Assembly: GCA_012026655.1 (NCBI GenBank)
Contig: JAAILG010000769.1
Span: 1 to 64,000 of the forward strand
Reading direction: 5' to 3'
DNA from: Hydrolagus affinis
Taxonomy: Eukaryota
DNA: 64,000 nucleotides
Below are positions 25,386 to 38,439 of the stretch, one piece after another (position 1 is the stretch's first letter; every line of letters begins with the position of its first letter). The position numbers and the translations under genes were made by a program. The notes below the pieces were generated by a model. That model was not told the origin of the DNA, ran no database searches, and worked only from the letters and a program-made list of their open reading frames with translations.

Positions 25386-28004
25386 ATGATGATTGAGTGG
25401 TTTGAATTCTCTGAATTGTGATAAGAATACAAATCATGTACAGACAAGAGTATAATTTTTAGCTATGAAACAGGGTACTGTGTATATTCTGTTGTGAGGC
25501 TGATCTCAACCCACTAATGCATTTTAACTTGTATTTCCTGCCTGATAATATTTCTTTACCAACAACATATAATATAAAAGGACAGCCAATAGAAACCTGC
25601 GCACCAATATAGTACTCAGGACCTCCTACCTTTGACAGTTTCTAAGAAAATCCATGCTGGCTTCCCAAATTCCAACCAGTTCTGCTCCAGGCATATTAAG
25701 TGGGAAGCACATGTCAGCCCATAGAATGAGGAAGCCGCCTTGTGACAGTTTTTTTCAGGCTGTCCAAAACACAACGGCTAAGACTGAGAAACTAGCAACA
25801 CTTAATACACGGATAGCCTTGCATTAGTGCCACAGACATGAATCAAACTCCTAACCTCTATATCTCGAAGCATTTTAAAGCGGGCTTATTTTTGCACTGG
25901 GTAATTTGGGGTTTCACTATATGTGCTTAAATTATCTCATAATTTTCTCCAGAGAGGAGCTGTTGCTGCAATAGACTCTTTCAAAAGTTAGAACTATTGT
26001 TTAATGAGTGTATGGTATTGAGATACCAACATTTAAAATTATGTACACTTTTAGGGTTAACAGGACAGTATTTATTCTTTCCTGAGCAGGAGTCAGCTTG
26101 TCAGCCCTATTCACTGGAAATATAAGCACAAAATCATTGGTCATTCCCATCGCACATCACGGTTTTCAATTTTTATGTGGAAATTAGAAAAAGAAAATGA
26201 GTCAACGAATTGATCATAAATCTAAATGCTGCCAGTGGTCTGGCTCCAAATGGAATCGGTCCCAAGGTGGTGCGTCTGTCTACGGATTTGCTAATTTACC
26301 TCTTCAAGCTTGGGTGACACAGATAGACAGTTCTGAGTTTGCATGTGGCTGGCGGTATAGCAGCAGAGAAGAGCAATGCACACCAATTGCCTTCTGAACC
26401 ACAAAGGAATTTCCAATTTGTAAATCTTACAAAATATGTCTGAACTTTCAAGTTCATGTGAGTGCACTCATTCCTGTGAGAGAGCACTTCAGTCACGCTA
26501 CAGGTCTAATCTTAGCCTGCAAAAAAACATTTTGCCTTCAAATTTAAGATCACTTAGAAATTTGGGACCTTATAAATTCAATCTCAATTTGGAAGCTGGT
26601 TCCTTTCAATAGCTACACAAAAAATGGCAGCAAATTAAAACTGAATTTAAGGATATTATATTTAAAAACAAAGGGTCTTGGCTGAGGTAGAATTTCAGGC
26701 CACAGTTTCAGATTACACATTGACCCTTACATGCTTTTATAAAATTGGTTTGATCTACCAGGAAATGATAAATTTATGTCAGTGTTAAATATAGATTTTG
26801 ATGATTTTTACCTAAGCATCCATTTATGGTGCAGTCCAAATGACTTTACAATAGACATTCAATGAAGCAGGTTGCTATTTTTTGTAGTTTTTGACTCACC
26901 TGTAATTATTACAAAAATATATGTAAGTACTGTGATAAATATTAATGGTAGGAAAGGCTGAATAATAAATCTTAACAATGGTTGGTTACGTACATTTTAC
27001 ACAACAGGATTTGAATATCTTTGTGTTTGCCTAGAAGAGTATTTTGCATATTAAATATGTAGAGCGAGTTGTTCGCTTAATCTTAGTCCTCTATTAATGC
27101 TATTTGAGTAGTACAGTAAGAAGTGCATCAAGTCGACCTGGGATTGAGCCTCCTTCTGCTTTCCCCTTTCCACTTTCCGAGCTCATTGGGAGGTTTCAGC
27201 CTGTGCTTCACTACAATAACATGGCTGAGATCAGCAGTTGAACACTGCTGAGGAATTCATCTTGCAGTCCTGCTGTCAGGATGCAGTTTGTTGGATTACT
27301 CATCAGCACCATTGCCCCAGCTTTGCATGGCGGTTTGTAAATCCTGTAAGGATTAACAGATTACAGTTTCCAAATAACAAACATGTTTTCCATTGCATCC
27401 TCCAGAGTTCAACTTGTTTCTCAGTAATTACGCAGTTGATTACATTATGAGCAAACTCCAGTGTAAAGATACAGAATGTGGGCTGCGAATGTCATTTCAA
27501 GAACAAGCAAAGCGGAGTCTTATAATTGTCCTCCAGGACATTGCACAGTACCATTCTGTACCATGTGCAAGCGAAAAAGATGAATATTTAGTACTCAAAG
27601 GTGGAATTAAATGATTTGGCTGCGATAGATTTGAAGTATAAAATGCTTGTTTTAGAGCTTAAAAGATTATGTATCTTAATTGAGTTAATGCTTTGCAAAC
27701 TACAATTTTTGTTTAAAACATTTTTTTGCAATTCCTTTTAAATTGGATAAAATACACATGTATTTTGCAAGCATTTTTAAAATTACTTTTTACACTTCTG
27801 TCTCGCATGCTAACTCTGAGAAAGCCAGCATTGTCCAATATATGATGTTCACACAGTGTGATGAATAGATTATAGCAAGTTATTTTTTTCCTCTCTTCTG
27901 AAACAGTGTCTCACTACAGCAAAGCACTCCTTCTGATAGCCTGGCTGAACACGGAAGGAGTTAACCACACAATTACCTGTAGGTTTCAGTAGATTGGGTA
28001 TCAA

Positions 28005-28250
28005 TTCTGCCTGTTCGAGTGGATGATGAAGATTCCATGGCACGACTCAAAAAGAGAAGGGCCAACAATCCCCCAAATAAAATTAATCATTTACTTCATG
28101 GCTTTTTGTAGGACATTGCTGTACACAAATTGGCTGACATATTTGCCTACAAATACACAGTGACTACACTTTACAATAAAATCCTGTGAAGCACTTTGAG
28201 ACGGCTAAATGCTGTAATAAGGTGCTATATCAAATGCAACGATTATTATA
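28005..28250 (+). mobile_element. Deu-domain SINE 3' half
   Basis: ctgcctgttcgagtggatgatgaagattccatggcac plus body and tail aaggtgctatatcaaatgcaacgattatt. Confidence 0.75.
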
Positions 28251-31200
28251 TTCAAAGCCATAGTCTAGATACAGACAGTGTGTGCATGTGTTTTGAATAA
28301 GACAACTTGGTTGGTACTCAAAGGTTAATGCAAGGTTTGCTTTTTGAGAAACAAAATATCATTGGACATGCCAATCTTTGTCGAGAGAGAAAGCTATTTA
28401 TCACCTGTCAGGATTTGTAACGGAACTGACATTTTATATTTAATTACATGCTTAGCTGACATTGAATTTAATTTAAAAGGATTGTTTGCATTCTTTCCCC
28501 AACATTTGATGTGTATTTCAATGTTTCCATGGCTCCGGTAGGCAAAGTATCACTAAAATGCAATGTTCAAGAAGTTATTTTCAGGATGCACAAATCAATT
28601 CGCTCAGCGGGGGTTGAGATCGCTATAAAATAAATATTTCTCCCATTTCTTCTTATTTTAAATTGCTTTAGAAGGGAACATAGTGTTTACATAGAGTGCT
28701 GGATTGCATTTTATGGGGATAGGGAGAACTCTTCCTGCCCTCCATCCACCCCCCCACCCACACCCCCCCACTCCTTCCCCACACTCATTAAGACACTGGT
28801 ACTGGATTGCAGAGATTTATGAACCTAATCTGCCTCTTTCTCCCATAATTTATGGTACAAACCAGGCCTACTACTCTTCTTGCTCATGATAAAGGAAGTA
28901 TATTGTATTGACTGTTGTACTATAGCGTAGAATTATTGGTGTACAGTAAGTTAGCTGGTGCTTTGCATTCAAGCAACTAAACATAAATGCCAACTTTTAT
29001 GTGACCATTTTCCCCAAAGGAAGTAACTCATAATGATAAAAAGATGTTAGCTTTTACATAGAGATTGATAAAAGCACACCCATTTCAAATGGTTTAGCAA
29101 TTTTTTTTATTGGCTGAGAGGAAGGGACTGAAGTTTTTTTTTAATTGGAATCCCCCCACACCACCATCACTACCACGCTGGTCAGGAAATTGTGGCAGTA
29201 GAGAAATGGTAAGATGATTTGACACTCACAAGGGTTCAGTGGAAATCTACCCGTATAATCAGGTATAGACCAAAATGCGTTTCATAATAATAATTAAGCC
29301 TTGCGTTTGATATTCTGCCTTATGGTGTCAAAGAGTTCTAAATGTATTTGTAGGTGAATGCAGCAGCTAATTTACACACAATTTTCATGAAGTGAATGAC
29401 CATTTTTTCCCTCACCGTCATGACAAAGGTATTAAAAAGACCAATTTGGGAGAAACCACTGAGTGATCTTTAAACAACATCCCTTCTAGTTTCCTTTTAA
29501 TTTGCTCATCCTTTCCTTTGATTTTCTCATGCTTCCAATATATGGAACCATTTTCCATTCAATGTGGTAGTTGGGAGGTTTGATGAATAGGTTTGCCTGT
29601 TTGCGAGATCCTGCAAGATTTATAAAGATTCACACACTATTGTTTCATTCACACGCAGTTGTTTACATTTTCCCCTTCTTCAAATTATGGGACACAATGA
29701 GATAATATGACCTTTACTTGGAGTTTTACTGCAAGATGAGGGGTGGGGCAAACTAAACGAACCAGGTGTAAGATTTAAAATCTTTTTTTAATAATCCGAA
29801 AGAGACTGTTTTCAAACATGACTCATGCGCTGGGCAGTTTCAAATCCTGGGCCATTCAAAACAAAGTCATGATTAATGTTGTGGTGAGTTTTAAAGGAAT
29901 GTTAATCACACATTACATCCACTGATACTGGTAATAACAACATAGCAAAATCGTAAAATGTACCTCCAGAAAAATGCTTTGAATCAAACTAATGCTGTCA
30001 TTATCACAGACCCTGGGCATGTTCCACATGAATAGAACAGGGCAGACATGTTTGGACATTTATCAGCGAGGAATGGAATGATTCAGATGCAGTCATTGTA
30101 TAAAATGGAGCATGATGACTAAATACAATGAGCTCTGACAGCAAGGAAGGCACTGACTGCTGCAAAATAGCTTTTTGGCTGATGGTGGTGTTTGATAACT
30201 GGTTCCAATTGCGCGAGAGAAATTTTACTTATTTTGAATTCTCTCCATAGTGCAGAACTGGCCTCACAGACAGTTTCAGCAAAAAAAACAAGTTCTTTAT
30301 TTATAATTCATGCAGTTCAGAAGATACCCAGCTTTCTGCAACCGACCTAACTTGTTTTACTACCAGTCTCGAAAACCCAATGATATTTCAAGCCAGTCAA
30401 TCTCTCCCCACCCACCCCACCAGCCCACCAACTTGCCACTTTGAACTGTGATCCATGCAGTAACCTTTCCAGCATAAGGGTGTTGCCCAATTAGACAGAG
30501 GGTTATCAATAACTTGCACATCTGTGATGGTTTCAATCGTATTTTTAGCCGGACAATTTCTGTGAGCCTGTCAGTCAGCCAAACAAAATTGCTTGACTGA
30601 ACTTTTCGTTTTTTTTTTGCAAAACCCGAGCAGACAAAACTGTCAAACTTTGACAAATGCTGTTCTCTCAGGTTGAGGTTTTTTTTAAAAAGCTCTTGAG
30701 TTTCTTACAGGAATCTGTTTTCTTCTGGTAACTGATTAATTCACATAAATCTTCAGAGAGTGCTCCCGGCAAAAAAAACAACTAGTTGACGTACAAGACT
30801 TAACGTAATGATAACCAGCACAAATTATTATAGCTTAGCATTTAGTAATCCAATTCAGTATCAACCGGTACTCTGACCTTATTGACCTGTGTTGTAGAGG
30901 CTTTTGGAGGTGCCGAAGCAGTAACCTTAGAGCCGTATTATAATATTGCAGGAAGCAGAAAGCTGGTAATAGATATTAAAGCACAAATTTCATTCTGAGC
31001 CTGCCAGGAAACCTCGTCTTCCTGTCACTTTGTGCGAGTAATTTTTTTTCATTATAGGATGTCTTTTCAATCTTACGCTGTGGCTTTCATCAAACTTATA
31101 TTTGAAGGATGCGATTAACTGGACAGCATATGTTGTGTTAATCTGAATGAACCAAATCAGAACAACCCAAAGCAGACAATCCAAAGTCCCTTTTACTGCT

Positions 31201-32249
31201 TTGTTCCACTTCCCCTCTCCCCCCACCCCACACACTTTTTTTTTTAGCATATCGGTATTATGTTGAAAACGATATTTGATCAATTTCTTTTCTGACTTAA
31301 GGTTTTTTTTAAAAAAAATCAATTAGAACTATGTGACAACGGTTGAAAGAAACCGATTTTTATGAAGTTCGATTGCAAAAGGATTCTGAGTTACTGATGT
31401 CACATCCAGTTAATGCCAGCTCTTAAATTTCCCTGCTCCTGTGGTAAGGAAGTGGATTAAAAATTGATGAAGGCTACTCCTATAAAGATTGAAATGAAAC
31501 ACGACCCTCGCAATGATTTTAGAGTGCACAGTGCGAGATGTTACCAGGACATTATTATTGAATGCAACCTACATCCCTGGCTGCTCGAGACTCGTAGTCT
31601 GACCTAACGTCTTCCAAACCAAACCTAGTCAAGTCTCACCAATATCTGATTAATGTACTATCAAACCAACAGGCATTTGGAATACGGCGTAGGGTAGAAT
31701 AATACTTCCAATCTCACAAGTTCCTCTATTGTATTTCATTTTATATTTATTAAACCTCTTCTGAGAGAATGGGGGCTGAAATTGATATGAGATCATTGAC
31801 CACAAAAGTGGCCCAAGGGGAGATGTAGAAAGTCGTCGAGAGAGATGGAAGATTTCACCGTGGAAGGAAACAGAGGAGTAAGTAAAGGAGATTAGGGGGT
31901 TGGTACTGTGCAGACGGACTGTAATGAGAGACTGGGGAATACAGCAAGGCGGTATTGTGACGGGGGTGAAAAAAACCCATCAACAAGTCTGCCATTTAAA
32001 GACCATTATTAGAGCAGGCCATAGACTAGCAGTAATGTGACAGAGTTTGAAATTTCCACTTAAATTAAATTGGTGGCTTTTCGTTTTGTCGGTTGATGAA
32101 TGGGTTATTTGTTGATGATGTATCTACTGTTCAGACAGTGAAACATTATGTCCGTCACATAATGAAGAGTTAGATTCAGTCGTGTTTACTCAAGCTTTCC
32201 TTTAATTCTGTTCAGTCAATTGGTGTGCTTGTGCCACCTTGCTGTTTGG

Positions 32250-34450
32250 TTTAGAAGACCCGACCGACTAAGTTACGTTGTGTAAGGTATACAGTAAGGA
32301 AGGTTTGGCTTCGATTTGTTTTGCGGCTCAAATTATGCTAACTGTGATTTTATTTTCTTCCCCCTCCCCCCACCTCCCCCCACCTCCCCAAATCTTCTAG
32401 AAATGCGACTGAAAATGAACTCTGTTTCTCGGATCATTATCAAGGATCGGGCATGAATTAAAAATAATGATTTATTAGAACTTAGAAGTGGTTCCCCGTT
32501 CATTCGGGCGACAGAAACGTCCTCTGTCATCTCTCCCTCTCTGTGTCGGTGTAGTTAAAGGGCATGATCTTGTGCCCGGTGTGTCTGTCTGCGTCCGGTC
32601 CATTGCAATGGACGCCCAGCGAGGGTCCTTCAGTGAGCTCCGCTTCAAACTGGTGGATATGAGACCAAGCGCGTGTCTCCGCTCACACTTCCCATTCAGA
32701 AACTCTGATTGAACGACATGCTGGAGTTGGGAGTCGGAGTTGCAGACGGTCTCAGAATCACCGGCTGAATCAGCCAGCCAATGGCACACTGGGAAAGGAG
32801 GCGGGATGAAAGCGCGATCAATTGCCCCCGTTACAATTTTCATCCCCACCACTCCTTCTTTATCAACCTTTCACAACCGATTTGAATGCAATCGGTCAGG
32901 GGACCGAGGAAAATCCCCCCCGTTTGCCGTGTGTCCAGTCACCTGGCGGTAAATGCAACTGAGATTGATAGCGCGGCTTCCCGCTGCTAAAATCTTCTTG
33001 CCGGGAACCCTGTGATTAATAAGCGGAGTCCGAAAGCTCACTCCAAGCCAACAATCCTATTTTAAAGCTTTCGACGATGCGTCAGAAAGCTTTTGTTGTT
33101 GAAGGAGTGAGGGGGGAGGGGGTGAAAGAGCTCAGGTACAGTGTGTGGACTTATTTAGTTATTGCCATATTGAATCTTTAGCTGCATTTCCATCGTGTGA
33201 TTCTTGTTCACAAGGTGCAGGCGCTCCCCGCGGGTATATAACCCCAGGTTTTGAGTTTATTCTTCGCGATTAAGTCATCATCGCGACGCGAAGATTGATA
33301 ACAATTTTAACCTTTGAAATCCGAGCCTTCTCAAAAAGCTGCACCTACAGAGACAGACAGGAGGGTTTGAAAGGAACAGGGTCTCAATGGCGTGTACATT
33401 TTCTCTAAGCAAACAATTTGATCATCTTGTTAGAATGTATCAATGGTGTCAGGTCCTGGAGTGCGTCCATGGCATTAGATCATTTCAAACCTCAGTCCGG
33501 TGCTGATGCTATCATATCACGTTTATAAGAGGTAATGCCAGTAAACACAGGCAAACTGAACACAGGGAGCAGCTTCCTGGCAGCTTTACAAAACAGTCTT
33601 GTAATTTAATATTATATCTGCAAGCCAGTGATGAATGCCAATTAGCTGCCCAGTGCCCACTAAGCACTTGATGAAACTGTATTCTCAAGTCATTTATCTG
33701 CCATTATGCATGTTTAGTAGCCTCGTTCCATCTGAATGGCTTTTCAATTTTCAGCGAAAAGTTGCAGCACCTCCTTTAAGCATCGCTCGGTCTCGACCAG
33801 TTACTGTAAACGGTCAATTACCGAGGCTCTCCTGAAACTGAAACATCAAATGTGCCGTTCACAGTTGCTACGAGTTTGTTTGGTCGGGTACCAAGGCATT
33901 GGCAAAAACTCAGCTTGAACTAACTGCCCGTGACAGGCAACGAATGTAGGTATAGTCGCAGTTCTACTGTGTCGAGCGAGTTCCCTATTAGTTAATAACC
34001 GCAGTATCTTGTGAATTAACAAGCGGGATTTGACTAGTAGGTCGCAACTGGCATGTTAAGAGATTATTTCCTTATTTCCCTGTAAAATACTCAGGCCGTG
34101 CATGAGCTGTGATACTAAACACTCGTCATTTGCCTCGACAGCCTTTGCATCTGTTCCGTTCGAGGATTAGCGTTCCAGACACCCAGCCTCTCATCGCTTG
34201 TCAGGTAATCATTGATACAAATCCCAGCTGAGATGTCGATGGCCGATTCCGTGTGTTTGAGCGCCGCCTTCCTCTACATCCCGCGAGCGGGTGAAAGCTT
34301 TGAGATGCCGCATGTCTTGCGTGAAATGACTTTGCATCGCGCCTGCTTATCTGCATGTTCAAAAGACAGGTATGTCCCTAATTACATTGATTTACACTAA
34401 CCAGTGACTTGATGTTATCCCCCCCTGTGCAGCACTGGTGTAAGAACCAC
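32250..34450. promoter_or_regulatory. CpG-enriched, repeat-free promoter/enhancer-like region
   Basis: Visibly raised CpG density. AGCCAATGG (about 32776), GGAGGCGGG GC box (about 32797), TATATAA (about 33235), TGATTTAT (32468-32475). Direction undetermined. Confidence 0.5.
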
Positions 34451-34683
34451 GTTCATAAATCACAGTGACAACTGGGCAGTTCAGAGCCGCAAATGGGTTC
34501 CATGTCTCTCTGTGACTGGTTGGATTCTGTATTCGCACTTAATCTGGCCATCTTGTTTTGTTACTCCCAGGCCCTTGCCACTAACCTATGCTGCACCGAA
34601 ACAAGGAGAATAATGAGAACGTTCCCACTGCTTTTCCTGCTAGGATCACCCTACACGTGGCTTTCAGGGTTCACAGCTGAGTG

Positions 34684-34783
34684 NNNNNNNNNNNNNNNNN
34701 NNNNNNNNNNNNNNNNNNNNNNNNNNNNNNNNNNNNNNNNNNNNNNNNNNNNNNNNNNNNNNNNNNNNNNNNNNNNNNNNNNN
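34684..34783. other. Assembly gap (100 N)
   Basis: Run of N abutting a poly-C tract. Confidence 1.
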
Positions 34784-35469
34784 TACCCCCCCCCCCCCCC
34801 CCACCCTTTCCTCCCAAGGAAAGTGGGATATTAATATTAATAACATTAAACATGCATTTTCAGAATTAAGTGCTGTACACACTACCTCTTTGAAAAGATT
34901 TTTGTCTGAAATAGTCCGAACCATATAGAATGTCAAAGATACCACATTGGTTCAATTGAGTGTAAAAGTATTTGAGACAAGTAAAGTCACTGTATTTGAA
35001 AGGAAATTGCTCATGGACTAAAATAATGACTGTGCTGTTGTGTGTGTGTGTATGTATATAAACACTATTATATCTACTGTCAGCGAATTCTTGCTTGTTC
35101 GTTTCATCTTGTTCAATCTGTTATCTGATCCAATCTTGGAAAATTTTGATGCATGAAACAGACCACCAGCAGTGACCTGTGCAAACCTTATGGCTCCATT
35201 TTGAGGTTTCAGTTTGTCGTTTGCTGAGTTTGAATCCAGTGTTTTCCATCTGTCTCCATTTTCCTTCTGCAACTCACTGACCTCAATATGAATTATATTT
35301 TCATAACAAAGTATCTATTCCCATTGGAAAAATATGCTTTGAGGCTTCTATTGGACGTCACAAAAAGGTGATCTAACTTCTGCTGGGAATGTATGCAGCT
35401 ACATTTATCTAATAATAATGCATTTGATATAGCGCCTTGTCACGTTGTCACCATGGCAAATCACTTAAC

Positions 35470-35730
35470 AGGATTTGAGGTCCTCACCGTAGCCTCAAAA
35501 TCTGTTCACACCCTGGGAACTCCTTATCTCTCTGACCTTCTCTTATCTTAGTCCTCTGCTTGGCTGATTCAGGCTTGTACTCTAGGCTCTCCACACCAAC
35601 AACAGTGGCTGAGTCATCAGTTCCTATGACCCTAATCCTCTGGAACTCCCTCATTCTAGCCACCATTAAATATCTCTGCTCTGGCTCCCATCTCAAATCG
35701 TACCTCTTTAATCATACCTTTGACTATCCA
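35470..35730 (+). mobile_element. Old L2 ORF2-end fragment
   Basis: ccttatctctctgaccttctc..ctctggaactccctc..ctcaaatcgtacctctttaatcatacctttg aligns by eye with 37280-37515. Confidence 0.65.
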
Positions 35731-35760
35731 AATGGGCGAGCTCAAAGTAAAGACATATGT

Positions 35761-35980
35761 AACCAAAAAACCCCAAATACTGCAGATGCTGGAAATCTGA
35801 AACAAAAACAGAAATCGCTGGCAACACTCAGCAGGTCAGGCAGCACGTATGGAGAAAGGAAAAGTGAGTCAACATTTCGGGTCTGATGAAGGGTCGTGGA
35901 CCCGAAACATTGACTCACTTTCCTTTCTCCATACGTGCTGCCTAACCTGCTGTATGTTCCCAGCAATTTCTGTTTTTGTT
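35761..35980 (+). mobile_element. Fold-back hammerhead-core retroelement, copy 2
   Basis: About 83-bp inverted arms (35801-35883 / 35899-35980). Perfect direct repeat taaagacatatgt (35748-35760 / 35980-35992). CTGATGA-A-GGGTC-gtg-GACCC-GAAAC at 35883-35908. Confidence 0.8.
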
Positions 35981-37017
35981 AAAGACATATGTGTTTGCTT
36001 GAAGTTAAACAGATTCTCATTTCCCCCCTCCCCTGTCTCCCCCACTTTTTACTTGCATTTGATCACATGGGCTGAGTAAAAAAGGTATGTGTGAAAATAG
36101 TGGTTATACCGGATTTCTACTGATTCATCGCCTTCATACTGTCCACTTTAGCAATTTCTCGCAATGTTGCAATAGGCCCTAAATTGTTGTTTGGGAGAGT
36201 TTTTGTATGGTTTGTGGGGGTGGGGGGGGGAGGGAGAGAGAGAGAGACAGGCAGGTATCTGTGGTGTCAATACATTTACCTACATTAAGAATGCTTATTC
36301 ATAATAGGGTTTGTTAAGGCTTGAAGTCCTTATTTGTACCTTAACATACCAGTGTAGCATATCCCCATTAGTGTAGATAATTAAAAATAAGCTTGCTCCA
36401 TTTCATTTGTTTATAAAGGAGGCACTGATGTTGAAACAATTTATGCTTTAACTCAGAAGTTGGCTGTAAAATAACTGGTCTGATAGTTCCTTTTACAAAG
36501 GTTCACAGGCACAGTCAGTTACTGGGGGTGGGTGGAGGGGGCAAAAAAAATTCTACATTGTATATTTTGCTTCTATGAGTGCTCTGCTGTATACTGCACC
36601 ATTCATATTTGACGCTGTGAAAGGCCCGGACCCATAAACACCACAGGAGAAGTAAGTTCAGAAAGACTTTCTCAAGAATGAAAGAATAATGAGAATGCAC
36701 TGTGCCCCAGTGCATTACAGTATCCACTTATTCTCTGACTACTGATTGGGTTCCATTGAGAAAGGGGGCCAGTAGAGCTCTGTGTTGCATGAACAATTTA
36801 GTGGCAATTCCCACATAGAATTAGTGATGTTTTCAAGTTCTGTGAGCTCTCACATTGGGGCCCTGTGACACTGCCAAGAATGGCCATGGAATAACTGCTT
36901 TCTCTCCATTGTATCTCTTGCCTCAGTTATGCTACACTACAAGGATTCAGTATCAGGGATACTTTCATGAGTAGAACGACTGAACTACCTAAGTCATGCT
37001 GCCTGCCAGTCTCATGT

Positions 37018-37078
37018 TACAACAACAACAACTTGTATAGCGCCTTTCACGTCAGGAAGACGTCCCAAGGCGCTGGGG
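37018..37078 (-). mobile_element. L2 tail fragment
   Basis: (aac)n..tatagcgcctttcacgtcaggaagacgtcccaaggcgctg is the reverse complement of the tail at 37566-37632. Confidence 0.8.
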
Positions 37079-37224
37079 CAACGTGCGCACAGCACACAAC
37101 TTTCTTCTTGGTCACTAATTTTCAGTGAAATGCTATTTGAAACCTAAAGGGGGTTCACTCTGTCTGGCATCTTAAACTCCTGCCCTTTCAAATCTCTAGT
37201 CATTTTTGAGGTGGGGATACTTTA

Positions 37225-37634
37225 AGATCAAGATCGAATTCAAGATCCTCGTCCTCACTTTCAAGGCCATTCACGGCCGTGCCCCCGCCTATCTCTCTGA
37301 CCTATTGTCTCCCTATCAGCCTGCCCACACCCTCCGTTCAGCAGACATAGGTCTGCTCCGCGTCCACCGCCCTAATCGCCCAACCATCGGCGGCTGGGCT
37401 TTCAGCGTCTCTGCTCCCACACTGTGGAACTCCATCCTGCAGCCCCTCCGCCTTGCTTCCTCCCTTTCCTCCTTCAAGACCAGTCTCAAGACCTTCCTCC
37501 TTGACCATGCCTTTGGCTCCCCCATCCCCCCCCCCACCCCCTGCTCGGGTCCTGACCTGATTGTTCAGCGCTTTGGGTCGTCCTCCCGACGTGAAAGGCG
37601 CTATATAAGTGCAATTTTGTTGTTCTTGTTGTTC
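37225..37634 (+). mobile_element. Young 5'-truncated L2-clade LINE (ORF2 C-terminus, 3'UTR, (TTG)n tail)
   Basis: Open frame IEFKILVLTFKAIHGRAPAYLSDLL..TLRS..AFSVSAPTLWNS..SSFKTSLKTFL is the characteristic L2 ORF2 C-terminus; CpGs largely retained. Confidence 0.9.
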
Positions 37635-38439
37635 CGCTGGCTGTAAACTGTCAATGCTCAGAAACTGGCTGTTTCAGCTGCATATTTGACATCAATATGA
37701 TGCAAAAGATTGCACTGCACTAGAGTCGATGTGCTGTGCAACTAGGGCAATGTGTGGCCAACATGGTTTAGGTCACAGAACCTTAAACGAGAACAATAGT
37801 GTCCAGATAGCCACTACTGCATCATTCTATAGCTTTGCCTGTTGTTGGCTCAGAGATGTTGGTTTCCTGTCACTGCAGTAATTGGATTTTATACCCTACC
37901 AACCCTGTAATTTAGGGGTATAAAGGATGTGTGCGCTTATCAGCCTTAGGCTTCCTTTTGTTCAAACATTGTCAGCAGCTGTGAAGCTACCAGAAAGGGA
38001 TTAAAAGAGGAAAGTCTGTGCTTGTTGCACAAATTTCTCTGAAACTCTTAATTCACAGCTGAATTAAGTAATGTACAGAATCAAATGCAAGAGAGAAATA
38101 TACCTCCAATGAAACAAAATTTCTCAAAATGAAACAATCTCAAATTTAGCAATGACATAATCAGTTACTGAGATGTCTTATTGATAACAGGGAATGGTAC
38201 ATTGACCAAATTGATCTTTATATCTTATTGTTAATTCCCATTGGTATCACAATCAAATCAGGTCATACCAGAAATGATACAAAGAAAATGCAATTTATTT
38301 CATTTAGAGTTTCGGTCAAAGTGATAGAAGCACTTTGGACAAAATTTGTGCTAGGAGCTAATAGAAACAAATAATATACTGTAGTTGGGTGTGGGGGTGG
38401 GGACACACACACACAAAAAAAATGGCAACATAAAACACT

